The notes beneath the pieces were generated by a model. The model searched no databases, was not told the origin of the DNA, and saw only the letters and a list, made by a program, of their open reading frames with translations. DNA of 64,000 nt from positions 21,266,001 through 21,330,000 of the forward strand of contig OZ024760.1 of assembly GCA_964016885.1 (NCBI GenBank). Direction: 5' to 3'. Position numbers and translations under genes: made by a program. This document shows positions 1 to 15,084 of this stretch, one piece after another. Position 1 is the stretch's first letter. The number at the start of each line of letters is the position of its first letter. Source of the stretch: Eledone cirrhosa (Eukaryota).

Positions 1-154
1 GCGATACAAAACAACTTTAAACACCTAGCGATACGATACCTAGTTAAACACCTAGCGATACAAACAACTTTAAACACCTAGCGATACAATATAAAAATAC
101 TTTGCGATGCAAAGAACTTGAAATACCTGCCGAGGATAAAAAATTATAATAATC

Positions 155-596
155 TTGGTTCTAATTTAAGCACAACAAAGGCCAGTCATCAATGTTTGGG
201 GGTAGAGGAAATCGATTTAATTGACTTCACTGGTACTTCATTTTATCGATCCTGGGCGGTTGAGAGGCAAAGTTGACCTCGGTGGGATTTGAACTGACAA
301 CATAAGGAATTGGAACAAATATTTCAAATATTTTGACCGAGGAACTGTCGACCATACTAATTCACTACCGTCATAAGTATGTTTCTATAAAGATTGTTTC
401 TACTTTTGGCATGAGGTCTGCAATTTGAAGGGAAGGGGGAAAAGTCGATTATCTCGATCCCCAGTGCGTTACTGGTACTTTATTTTATTGACCCCCGAAA
501 GGATGAAAGGCAAAAGTAACTTCGGCAGGATTTGAAATCAGAATGTAAAGGACTATGTTGGCCGACGCTCCACCGATGCTGCCAATCTACCGCCCT
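155..596 (-). mobile_element. Two diverged tandem copies of the Nin-domain tRNA-derived SINE
   Basis: Degenerate matches to CTGGTACTT-ATTTTATCGACCCC-GAAAGGATGAAAGGCAAAG...GGATTTGAA. The A-box head is at about 575-595. Confidence 0.75.
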
Positions 597-796
597 CAAT
601 AGATATTTCATAATGATAAAATATTTCCTTTATTCAACAATAACCAAACAAAAGGCCATAGCCCACATAGGACTAATCAGGACACCCACTCCTTATTAAA
701 AACCTCAACGGCCCCGCTCAACACAAAGGTAAACCACCTTTCCTTGCCACCACTCTGCAAACATCCAAATACTCTTTCATTATTTGCCACGGTATA

Positions 797-1166
797 AGGC
801 GGTGGGTTGGCACTATCGGTAGAGGGTCGGACGCCATAGTAGGGTGGTGGGTTGGCAGTATCGGCAGAGGGTCGGACGCCATGCTAGGGTGGTGGGTTGG
901 CAGTATCGTTAGAGGGTCGGACGCCATGGTAGGGTGGTGGGTTGGCAGTATCGGCAGAGGGTCGGACGCCATGCTAGGGTGGTGGGTTGGCAGTATCGGT
1001 AGAGGGTCGGACGCCATGCTTTGACGCAAAGAGTTACGGCCCTTTCCATTCTGAGTTCAAATCCCGCCGAGGTTAACTTTGCCTTTCATCCTTACGGGGT
1101 CGATAAAATAAAGTACCAGTAATACACTGGGATAATTGCTGGTCTTGTGCCAAAAGTAGAAATAAA
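797..1166 (+). mobile_element. Nin-domain tRNA-SINE with five tandem 45-bp head units
   Basis: Five A-box units (TGGCAGTATCGG and close variants), B box GAGTTCAAATCC, and GCCTTTCATCCTTACGGGGTCGATAAAATAAAGTACCAG. Flanked by the direct repeat TATTTGCCACGGT (781 and about 1168). Confidence 0.9.
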
Positions 1167-1770
1167 TATTTGCCACGGTGCTGTGACGAAGAAGAAGAAG
1201 AAGAAGAAGAAGAAGAAGCAGGATGAATGAGAAGGGGGAGAAGAAGAAGAAAGAGAAGGAGGAAGGAAGGAAATGAATAAGAAGGGGAATAACCTTTGAT
1301 AATTTGCAATAAAATAAATAAAAAACCGTAAATTTGGCAGCTCTAAAGTACTATATCTATTATATATATACACATATATGTACGTATACATAAATATGTA
1401 CATATATATATGTATTAAAATAATTATATATATATATATTTATATGTATATCGGTCAATGTGTGTAGGCTTTAAGTTTTAGGGTGTGTCAAATCTCACGC
1501 AATACTTATAGATGTAACTCCCCAGTGTGTTATAAAAGAATGCGTCATCGAAAAATATATAAAAATATATGAAACAAAAACTCCACAGACTACTAGACAG
1601 TAATAACGATGTACCGATAGCCCTCCTCCTGATATACTTTCTATATTTAAACAATGGACACATCATAGCTCTTCATCCTATATAGGGCACATACAATATA
1701 TATACATATATATAAATTTTCGCTCTACATGACTGAATACAATAAATGTAATCTGAGTTTTCCGAATATT

Positions 1771-1917
1771 AATAATAAATATTCGATTCGTTTGCAATTA
1801 TGCAACCAAGCCTCATTTTTAAAGCCAAGAGCAAGAATAAGGGGCTCATTCTACTGACATGGCTTTAAAAATTAGGCTTGTTTGCATTAATTGCAAACGA
1901 ATAGAATATTATTATTA
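1771..1917. repeat. Imperfect inverted repeat (~55-bp arms), MITE-like
   Basis: AATATTCGATTCGTTTGCAATTATGCAACCAAGCCT...TTTTAAAGCCA pairs with TGGCTTTAAAAATTAGGCTTGTTTGCATTAATTGCAAACGAATAGAATATT. Confidence 0.7.
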
Positions 1918-2107
1918 CGGTCTCAGTTCAAATCCCGCCGAGGTTAACTTTGCCTTTCATCCTTACGGATGGCCTTGTGCCAAAAGTAGAAACAATTATT
2001 AATATTCGAAAAACTCAGACTTCATTTATTTATATATATATATATCCATACTCTTTTGCTCTTTTACGTGTTCCAGGCGATTGGCTGATACATACATACA
2101 TACATAC

Positions 2108-4300
<2,193 letters not shown>

Positions 4301-4326
4301 ACATACAAACATGTACGTACGTACGA

Positions 4327-4412
<86 letters not shown>

Positions 4413-5075
4413 GTGTGCAACGTGGCCTCGCCCCTGTGTGTCCGCTATTTTGAGAACGACGGCTGCCGGGAAGCTGCTGCTCTCAATAGCTTTATTTTAT
4501 TTCTTCATTTTGCTTAACTTTTAATTTAATGTCTCTCATATAAATTTTATCGCTTCATATTTCAAATTTTCAAACGAAATGTTTATTTTTTAAATATTTC
4601 AATTTTGTCTGAGTCCTTGAGTTTTCCGCCAAGAAAAAAAAGTCACCGAGTATCTAGTTTATAATTTTATTTTGGGTGGTAGCACGGCCCATAAGACAAA
4701 ACAAAACTGACCTCCACGGAAAGACTCGTCAATATCTGACCCCTAAGGAAATGACTCTGAAAACCTGATCCCCAAGAAAAGGATCGTCAAAACCTGAAGC
4801 TCACACAACAAAAAATATTAGTTTCAAACGTCTTGAATTTTGAGTTAAGTAACACACGCGCACGCATGCACACGCTCACACACACTCTCTCTCACACGCT
4901 CACATCATCATCATCATTATTATCATCATCATAAAGAAACAAATTTATATATTGGCTTACTGGTATTTTCTTAATTAATTCAACAAGTACGATGACGGCT
5001 ATTATACGCTAATGAGGGGCGAATAAGATGAGTATATCTGGAGTTGTCTTTCGTACTTAGCCGAAATAAGAATTA

Positions 5076-5280
5076 TCATTTTAGCCACAGTTGTATATGT
5101 CTGGTTAGTGACTTGATCTAAGACTGTATGTGTATTTGTTGAGACTAAAGCAATCACAGCATAGAAAAGCCATTGATCTGAGGCTGTGATGAAACTAAAG
5201 CAATTACATCGTGGAAGAGTCATTTTAACCACAGTTGTACATGTCTGGTTAGTGACTTTATCTGAGACTGTATATTAGAA
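5076..5280 (+). repeat. ~205-bp segment duplicated almost identically at 6329-6533
   Basis: ATCATTTTAGCCACAGTTGTATATGTCTGG...GAGACTGTATATTAGAA occurs twice. Each copy has an internal ~145-bp periodicity. Confidence 0.9.
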
Positions 5281-5749
5281 CTAAAGCAATTAGATAGTGG
5301 AAGAGTTTTTTAGCCATTCAAAAACACAAAAACCGTCAATTTCCTTTTGCATTTATCATTTATGTCATTGTGTCAATATTTTCGTCGCACTTTTTGCGAC
5401 CTGCTCACTGACACCAAGACATAAATAATAAATGTAAATTGAAGGGTTGCAGTGGAACATAAACATAAAGTGAATTTAATAGTTTTGTTTTATGTTTTTG
5501 AATGTTGAATTAATATCCGCGAAATAATATCGTGTAGTGTTTTCCTTCCTCAGCATATATTAATGCTTGATGATTTAAATAGGTTAAGAGTAACTTAATC
5601 TACTCAGTCATAAGGTTAATAAGATCAATAGAATGTCTTGTCAAAGTTATTAAGGATTACTAAATGGTGTCATTAAGATATTCGAAGTTACTTACTAAAC
5701 TATAGAGAGCGCTGAACAGAGTGGCAGCAGGGCCTGGTTAAAACTAGCT

Positions 5750-5907
5750 TAAAGAACATTTAAAGTCACCAGGGACCTTAGGTTAAATAACATTTGAGGT
5801 CACCAAAGATCTTGGGTTAAATAACATTTGAGGTCACCAAGGACCTTGGGTTAAAGAATACTTGAGGTCAATAGGGACCTTGGGTTAAAGAACATTTGAG
5901 GTCACCA
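5750..5907. repeat. 34-bp minisatellite, about 4.5 copies
   Basis: Unit GGGACCTTGGGTTAAAGAACATTTGAGGTCACCA. Confidence 0.85.
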
Positions 5908-6659
5908 GACACACACACTCACAAATATGACGGATTTTTACAGGTGCTGTTTATCAAATTTCACCGAAGGGGCCGCGCAGTGGGACTTAACCCAGAACCA
6001 CGTGGTTGCGAAGCGAATTCCTTAACCACACAGCCATGTCTGCGCATATATGGTTCATAGCTATATGAATTGGCAGAGTTGTTCGAATGTCGGATGAAAT
6101 GCCCAAGAAACGCCATATATCAATATGGCGCTCCTACAATTCCCTTGGGAGTTATGGGTCTAAACCATATATTTAAAACAGGACGGGTTCCCTCTGGATT
6201 ACTTGTTGTAAAGAACAAAATATTTGCTACCAACTATCTCGTTACCAAATTGAACAGTTATATTTGGCCGTCTTCTATATATTAGATAATGTTTTTCTTT
6301 TCCCGTAACTCTCGAAGGACATAACACATCATTTTAGCCACAGTTGTATATGTCTGGTTAGTGACTTGATCTAAGACTGTATGTCTATTTGTTGAGACTA
6401 AAGCAATCACAGCATAGAAAAGCCATTGATCTGAGGCTGCGATGAAACTAAAGCAATTACATCGTGGAAGAGTCATTTTAACCACAGTCGTACATGTCTG
6501 GTTAATGACTTTATCTGAGACTGTATATTAGAATATATGGCGTTTCTAGGGTACTTTTTAAAACCTGGTGAAGCCCTTCAAATCTCCAGGTCTTAACACA
6601 ATAGATTTCTCCCAGAGAAGGTTAGAGAAAGAGAGGATGGAAGTGAGAAAGAGATATCG

Positions 6660-6910
6660 AGGAGAAATCGACCTCTATACTAGACTGGTACTTTTTTTTT
6701 ATCGACCTCAACTGGATGAAAGGCAAAGTCGATCTCGGTGGGATTTGAACTCAGAGATTGGAGAGTTGGAACGAATCCCATAAAGCATTCTATCCGACGT
6801 TCTAACGACTGCCATTCTATCCGACGTTCTAACGACTGCCATTCTATCCGATGTTCTAACGACTGCCATTCTATCCGACGTTCTAACGACTTTGCCATTA
6901 GATATTCACC
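6660..6910 (-). mobile_element. Diverged Nin-SINE with four 27-bp head repeats
   Basis: SINE body (CTGGTACTT..ATCGACC..GGATGAAAGGCAAAG..GGATTTGAACTCAGA) followed by (CATTCTATCCGACGTTCTAACGACTGC)x4 at 6786-6896. Confidence 0.8.
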
Positions 6911-6927
6911 AAAACAGTTATATTTGT

Positions 6928-7198
6928 GAAGGCGTGTGGCTTTGTGGTTAGATAATTGGATTCGCAATCGTGAGGTCGCAAGTTCGATTCCCGGACCGAG
7001 TGATGTGTTATGTCCTTGAGCAAGGCACTTTATTTCATGTTATTCTTTCTGACAGGGGCTGTGACCGGTATATAGTATCAGTAATGGAAAGACCAATGGA
7101 AACATTGTTTCCTTGGTCTGAATTAACAAGCTCCACTCCACTCAATAAGCAAATGAGTTCTGGGACCTGTGTTGATCAATTCCTTCTTTCTTCTTCTT
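6928..7198 (+). mobile_element. tRNA-derived SINE of a second family (CORE-like central motif)
   Basis: GGCGTGTGGCTTTGTGGTTAG..GTTCGATTCC..TGTCCTTGAGCAAGGCACTTTA. A 14-bp TSD, AACAGTTATATTTG, lies on both sides. Confidence 0.8.
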
Positions 7199-7299
7199 AA
7201 CAGTTATATTTGATCGTCTTCTAAATATTAAATATTTATCAATGTCTACATGTGTATGTTCCTTGAATTCCTTAAGGTTGGTTTTTCCCGTAAAATCTG

Positions 7300-8152
7300 T
7301 CCAGCGATTCTTTTCTTAGACATTCTGACCACATATCCGTGATATCGGAGCTGTGATATCTCAACTTGGAGAATTAGCGGCTATACTTAGAGCGACTCTT
7401 TGATCTCCGAGCTACGCACTCTATCGAGTAATGTTACTCCAAAGATCGTTCAGGAGAAGTAGCGGCTCAACCTGAAGCGACTCTCTGATCTCGAGCTACG
7501 CTCTCTATCGAATAATGTTATTCCTAATAAAGGAGAAGTAGCGGTTCAACGTAGAGCGACTCTTTAATCTCCGAGCTACTGATTCTATCGAGTAACGTTA
7601 CTCCAAAGACCCTTCGGTAGTGGCTCTACTTGGGGTGACTCTTTAATCCCCGAGCTACACACTCTATTGAGTAACGTTACTCCAAAGACCCTTCGGTAGT
7701 GGTTCTACATGGAGTGACTCTTTAATCCCCGAGCTACGCACTCTATCGAGTAACGTTACTCCAAAGACCCTTCGGTAGTGGCTCTACTTGGGGTGACTCT
7801 TTAATCCCCGAGCTACGCACTCTATCGAGTAACGTTACTCCAAAGACCCTTCGGTAGTGGTTCTACATGGAGTGACTCTTTAATCCCCGAGCTACGCACT
7901 CTATCGAGTAACGTTACTCCAAAGACCCTTCGGTAGTGGTTCTACATGGAGTGACTCTTTAATCTCCGAGCTACTGATTCTATCGAGTAACGTTACTCCA
8001 AAGACCCTTCGGTAGTGGCTCTACTTGGGGTGACTCTTTAATCCCCGAGCTACACACTCTATCGAGTAACGTTACTCCAAAGACCCTTCGGTAGTGGCTC
8101 TACATGGGGTGACAACTTCATCTCCGAGCTACGCACTCTATCGAGTAATGTT
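7300..8152 (-). repeat. 79-bp minisatellite (~10 copies) derived from an RTE LINE fragment
   Basis: Period 79 (TGGCTCTAC at 7621, TGGTTCTAC at 7700). The left flank on the minus strand reads DRVRSSEIKESL*V*PLILQVEISQLRYHGYVVRMSKKRI, which is Rex3/Expander-like RTE. Confidence 0.85.
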
Positions 8153-8294
8153 ACAATAATCAAAATATGGACATGTAGTTGACTCATTAAACTGATAATT
8201 CCTCTATACCAGCGTTTCTCAACCGGTATTGCCTGGAACCCTACGATATGGCAAGAAGACGATAGGGGTTCCGCGAGAAACCGTGATAAATAAT

Positions 8295-11200
8295 TGTTTC
8301 TACTTTAGGCACAAGGCCAGCAATTACTCCAGTGCATTACTGGTACTTTATTTTATCGACCCCGTAAGGATGAAAGGCAAAGTCAACCTCGGCGGGATTT
8401 GAACTCAGATCGTAAAGGGACGTAACTATGCTGGAAAGCATGGCGTCCGACCCTCTACCGATACTGCCAACCCACCACCCTAGCATGGCGTCCAACCCTC
8501 TACCGATACTGCCACTCCACCACCCTAGCATGGCGTCCGACCCTCTACCGATACTGCCAATCCACCGCCCTAACATGGCGTCCGACCCTCTACCGATACT
8601 GCCAATCCACCGCCCTAACATGGCGTCCGACCTTCTACCGATACTGCCAATCCACCACCCTAGCATGGCGTCCGACCCTCTACCGATACTGCCAACCCGC
8701 CACCCTAGCATGGCGTCCGACCCTCTACCGATACTGCCAATCCACCGCCCTAACATGGCGTCAGACCCTCTACCGATACTGCCAATCCACCACCCTAGCA
8801 TGGCGTCCGACCCTCTACCGATACTGCCAACCCACCACCCTAGCATGGCGTCCAACCCTCTACCGATACTGCCACTCCACCACCCTAGCATGGCGTCCGA
8901 CCCTCTACCGATACTGCCAATCCACCGCCCTAACATGGCATCCGACCCTCTACCGATACTGCCAATCCACCGCCCTAACATGGCGTCCGACCTTCTACCG
9001 ATACTGCCAATCCACCACCCTAGCATGGCGTCCGACCCTCTACCGATACTGCCAACCCGCCACCCTAGCATGGCGTCCGACCCTCTACCGATACTGCCAA
9101 TCCACCGCCCTAGCATGGCGTCCGACCCTCTACCGATACTGCCAATCCACCACCCTAGCATGGCGTCCGACCCTCTACCGATACTGCCAACCCGCCACCC
9201 TAGCATGGCGTCCGACCCTCTACCGATACTGCCAATCCACCACCCTAGCATGGCGTCCGACCCTCTACCGATACTGCCAACCCGCCACCCTAGCATGGCG
9301 TCCGACCCTCTACCGACACTGCCAATCCACCGCCCTAGCATGGCGTCCGACCCTCTACCGACACTGCCAATCCACCGCCCTAGCATGGCGTCCGACCCTC
9401 TACCGATACTGCCAATCCACCGCCCTAGCATGGCGTCCGACCTTCTACCGATACTGCCAATCCACCGCCCTAGCATGGCGTCCGACCCTCTACCGATACT
9501 GCCAATCCACCGCCCTAGCATGGCGTCCGACCCTCTACCGATACTGCCAATCCACCACCCTAGCATGGCGTCCGACCCTCTACCGATACTGCCAATCCAC
9601 CGCCCTAGCATGGCGTCCGACCCTCTACCGATACTGCCAATCCACCGCCCTAGCATGGCGTCCGACCTTCTACCGATACTGCCAATCCACCGCCCTAGCA
9701 TGGCGTCCGACCCTCTACCGATACTGCCAATCCACCGCCCTAGCATGGCGTCCGACCCTCTACCGATACTGCCAATCCACCGCCCTAGCATGGCGTCCGA
9801 CCCTCTACCGATACGGCCAATCCACCGCCCTAGCATGGCGTCCGACCCTCTACCGATACTGCCAATTCACCACCCTAACATGGCGTCCGACCCTCTACCG
9901 ATACTGCCACTCCACCACCCTAGCATGGCGTCCGACCCTCTACCGATACTGCCAATCCACCGCCCTAGCATGGCGTCCGACCCTCTACCGATACTGCCAA
10001 TCCAACGCCCTAGCATGGCGTCCGACCCTCTACCGACACTGCCAATCCACCGCCCTAGCATGGCTTCCGACCCTCTACCGATACTGCCACTCCACCACCC
10101 TAGCATGGCGTCCGACCCTCTACCGATACTGCCAATCCACCGCCCTAACATGGCGTCCGACCCTCTACCGACACTGCCAATCCACCGCCCTAGCATGGCG
10201 TCCGACCCTCTACCGATACTGCCAACCCACCGCCCTAGCATGGCGTCCGACCCTCTACCGACACTGCCAATTCACCGCCCTAGCATGGCGTCCGACCCTC
10301 TACCGTAACTGCCACTCCACCGCCCTAACATGGCGTCCGACCCTCTACCGACACTGCCAATCCACCGCCCTAGCATGGCGTCCGACCCTCTACCGACACT
10401 GCCAATCCACCGCCCTAGCATGGCGTCCGACCCTCTACCGATACTGCCAATCCACCACCCTAGCATGGCGTCCGACCCTCTACCGACACTGCCAATCCAC
10501 CACCCTAGCATGGCGCCCGACCCTCTACCGACACTGCCAATCCACCGCCCTAGCATGGCGTCCGACCCTCTACCGACACTGCCAATTCACCGCCCTAGCA
10601 TGGCGTCCGACCCTCTACCGACACTGCCAATCCACCGCCCTAACATGGCGTCCGACCCTCTACCGACACTGCCAATCCACCGCCCTAACATGGCGTCCGA
10701 CCCTCTACCGACACTGCCAATTCACCGCCCTAACATGGCGTCCGACCCTCTACCGATACTGCCACTCCACCACCCTAGCATGGCGTCCGACCCTCTACCG
10801 ACACTGCCAATCCACCGCCCTAGCATGGCGTCCGACCCTCTACCGACACTGCCAATCCACCGCCCTAGCATGGCGTCCGACCCTCTACCGACACTGCCAA
10901 TCCACCGCCCTAGCATGGCGTCCGACCCTCTACCGACACTGCCAATCCACCGCCCTAGCATGGCGTCCGACCCTCTACCGACACTGCCAATCCACCGCCC
11001 TAACATGGCGTCCGACCCTCTACCGACACTGCCAATCCACCGCCCTAACATGGCGTCCGACCCTCTACCGACACTGCCAATCCACCGCCCTAACATGGCG
11101 TCCGACCCTCTACCGACACTGCCAATCCACCGCCCTAACATGGCGTCCGATCTCTACCGATACTGCCAATCCACCGCCCTAGCATGGCGTCCGACCCTCT

Positions 11201-13159
11201 ACCGACACTGCCAATCCACCGCCCTAGCATGGCGTCCGACCCTCTACCGACACTGCCAATCCACCGCCCTAGCATGGCGTCCGACCCTCTACCGACACTG
11301 CCAATCCACCGCCCTAACATGGCGTCCGACCCTCTACCGACACTGCCAATCCACCGCCCTAACATGGCGTCCGACCCTCTACCGATACTGCCAATCCACC
11401 GCCCTAGCATGGCGTCCGACCCTCTACCGACACTGCCAATCCACCGCCCTAACATGGCGTCCGACCCTCTACCGACACTGCCAATCCACCGCCCTAACAT
11501 GGCGTCCGACACTCTACCGATACTGCCAATCCACCGCCCTAGCATGGCGTCCGACCCTCTACCGACACTGCCAATCCACCGCCCTAGCATGGCGTCCGAC
11601 CCTCTACCGACACTGCCAATCCACCGCCCTAACATGGCGTCCGACCCTCTACCGACACTGCCAATCCACCGCCCTAACATGGCGTCCGACCCTCTACCGA
11701 CACTGCCAATCCACCGCCCTAACATGGCGTCCGACCCTCTACCGATACTGCCAATCCACCGCCCTAGCATGGCGTCCGACCCTCTACCGACACTGCCAAT
11801 CCACCGCCCTAGCATGGCGTCCGACCCTCTACCGACACTGCCAATCCACCGCCCTAACATGGCGTCCGACCCTCTACCGACACTGCCAATCCACCGCCCT
11901 AACATGGCGTCCGACCCTCTACCGACACTGCCAATCCACCGCCCTAACATGGCGTCCGACCCTCTACCGACACTGCCAATCCACCGCCCTAACATGGCGT
12001 CCGACCCTCTACCGATACTGCCAATCCACCGCCCTAGCATGGCGTCCGACCCTCTACCGACACTGCCAATCCACCGCCCTAGCATGGCGTCCGACCCTCT
12101 ACCGACACTGCCAATCCACCGCCCTAGCATGGCGTCCGACCCTCTACCGACACTGCCAATCCACCGCCCTAGCATGGCGTCCAACCCTCTACCGACACTG
12201 CCAATCCACCGCCCTAGCATGGCGTCCGACCCTCTACCGACACTGCCAATCCACCGCCCTAGCATGGCGTCCGACCCTCTACCGACACTGCCAATCCACC
12301 GCCCTAACATGGCGTCCGACCCTCTACCGACACTGCCAATCCACCGCCCTAGCATGGCGTCCGACCCTCTACCGACACTGCCAATCCACCGCCCTAACAT
12401 GGCGTCCGACCCTCTACCGACACTGCCAATCCACCGCCCTAACATGGCGTCCGACCCTCTACCGACACTGCCAATCCACCGCCCTAACATGGCGTCCGAC
12501 CCTCTACCGACACTGCCAATCCACCGCCCTAACATGGCGTCCGACCCTCTACCGATACTGCCAATCCACCGCCCTAGCATGGCGTCCGACCCTCTACCGA
12601 CACTGCCAATCCACCGCCCTAGCATGGCGTCCGACCCTCTACCGACACTGCCAATCCACCGCCCTAGCATGGCGTCCGACCCTCTACCGACACTGCCAAT
12701 CCACCGCCCTAACATGGCGTCCGACCCTCTACCGACACTGCCAATCCACCGCCCTAACATGGCGTCCGACCCTCTACCGATACTGCCAATCCACCGCCCT
12801 AGCATGGCGTCCGACCCTCTACCGACACTGCCAATCCACCGCCCTAACATGGCGTCCGACCCTCTACCGACACTGCCAATCCACCGCCCTAACATGGCGT
12901 CCGACCCTCTACCGATACTGCCAATCCACCGCCCTAGCATGGCGTCCGACCCTCTACCGACACTGCCAATCCACCGCCCTAGCATGGCGTCCGACCCTCT
13001 ACCGACACTGCCAATCCACCGCCCTAGCATGGCGTCCGACCCTCTACCGACACTGCCAATCCACCGCCCTAACATGGCGTCCGACACTCTACCGACACTG
13101 CCAATCCACCGCCCTAGCATGGCGTCCGACCCTCTACCGATACTGCCAATTCACCGCCT
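8295..13159 (-). mobile_element. Nin-domain tRNA-SINE with massively expanded head
   Basis: SINE tail and body at 8295-8438, head terminus CCACCGCCT at about 13159. TSD CGTGATAAATAAT at 8282 and 13160. Confidence 0.9.
8439..13158. repeat. 45-bp satellite, about 105 copies
   Basis: Unit TAGCATGGCGTCCGACCCTCTACCGAYACTGCCAATCCACCGCCC. One 1-bp deletion near 11150. Confidence 0.98.
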
Positions 13160-13372
13160 CGTGATAAATAATATATAAGAGATAGATATTATCAATGGTA
13201 TATAATAATACATGAGTCATGGAAACTATTTCAAGGGTTTCACTGGGGCAATAAGGTTGAGAAACGCTGCTTTATACATTCATTGTGGTTAGGGTATTCA
13301 GCTCACAATCGTAAGGTTATGAGTTCGATTCCTGGTTACGCATTGTGTCCTTGGGCAAGACACATTATTTCA

Positions 13373-14962
13373 CTACCATCACTACCATCACTACCATCAC
13401 CACCAACAACACTGCCAACAATAACACTGACACCACTACTATCAAAAACAACAGCTCTACCACCACCATCACCACCACTACCACCTCTACCATTACCACC
13501 ACTACTACTACCACCACTACTACTACCACTACTACTACCACCACCACTACCACCACTACCACCACCACTACTACCACCACTACTACTACCTCCACCACCA
13601 CTACTACTACCTCCACCACCATTACCACCCTACTACTACCTCCACCACCACTACCACCACTACTACTACCTCCACCACCACTACTACCACCTCCACCACC
13701 ACCACCACCACCACCACCACTACTACCACCAGCACTACCACCTCCAGCACTACCACCACCACTACTACCACCACCACTACCTCCACCACCACGACCACTA
13801 CTACTACCACCTCCACCACTACCACCTCCACGACCACTACTACCACCACCACTACCTCCACCACCACTACCACCACCACCACTACTACTACCACCAGCAC
13901 TACCACCTCCAGCACTACCACCCCACGACCACTACCACCACTACTACTACCACCACCACTACCACCACCACCACCACCACCACTACTACTACCACCTCCA
14001 CCACTACCACCTCCACGACCACTACTACTACCACCACTACTACCACCACCACTACCACTACCACCACTACCACTACCACCACCACCACTACTACCACCAC
14101 CACTATAACCTCCACCATCACTACTACCACCACTACTACCTCCATCACCGCCACTACTACCTCCACCAGCACTACTACCGCCACCACCACTACTACCTCC
14201 ACCACCACAACCACTACCACCACCACTACTACCGCCACCACTACCACCTCCACCACCACCACTACTACTACCACCACCACTACTACCACCACCACTACCA
14301 CCACCACCACTACTACCACCACTACAACCACCTCCACCAGCACTACTACCACCATCACCACCACTACTACCACCACCACCACTACTACCACTCCACCACC
14401 ACTACCACCACCACCACCACTACTACCTCCACCACCACCACTACCACCACCACTACTACCTCCACCACCACCACCACCACTACTACTACCACCACCACTA
14501 CTACCTCCACCACCACTATTACCACCACTACAACCACCTCCACCAGCACTACTACCACCATCACCACCACTACTACCTCCATCACCACCACTACTACCAC
14601 CACCACCACTACTACCACTCCACCACCACTACCACCACCACCACCACTACTACCTCCACCACCACCACTACCACCACCACTACTACCTCCACCACCACCA
14701 CTACCACCACCACTACTACCTCCACCGCTACTACCACCATCACTACCACCACCACTACTACCTCCACCACTACTACCACCTCTACCACTACTACCACCAC
14801 TACCACCACCACTACTACCTCCACCACCACTACTACCACCACTACCACCACCACCACTACTACCTCCACCGCTACTACCACCATTACTACCACCACCACT
14901 ACTACCTCCACCACTACTACCACCTCTACCACTACTACCACCACTACCACCACCACCACTAC
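13373..14962. repeat. Compound (ACC/ACT)n trinucleotide array following a truncated tRNA-SINE head (13285-13372)
   Basis: About 1.6 kb of mixed CAC/TAC/CTC triplets. Confidence 0.95.
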
Positions 14963-15084
14963 TGTTACAACAGCCAGCAGCTGCCCCCCCCCCTCCCTCC
15001 AACAAATATTGTCTATATGACGTAGCCAGAAATTGGGTCACACGCACACATAGACATACACAGGCATAATTAAACAGTCACATT

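Larger units (their letters stand above)
8210..13269. mobile_element. hAT-type MITE interrupted by a SINE plus satellite
   Basis: TIRs CAGCGTTTCTCAACC (8210) and GGTTGAGAAACGCTG (ending 13269). 8-bp TSD CTCTATAC / CTTTATAC. Confidence 0.85.

Noticed and set aside
6928-7000. tRNA-like sequences here and at about 13285, 18930 and 40650
   Set aside because: A and B boxes are present but there is no complete cloverleaf, and they continue into SINE bodies.
8439-13158. CRISPR-like appearance of this and the 33-, 60-, 70- and 79-bp arrays
   Set aside because: The units are head-to-tail with no unique spacers, there are no cas genes, and the context is eukaryotic.
8337-13178. Long ORFs (499-944 aa) with MASDPLPILPIHRPS repeats
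   Set aside because: Artefact of a 45-bp (multiple of 3) satellite derived from a non-coding SINE head; open in several frames on both strands.
13283-15069. Pro/His/Thr-rich ORFs resembling mucin or extensin
   Set aside because: Trinucleotide microsatellite starting inside a SINE head, with frame-hopping composition and no signal peptide or splice evidence.
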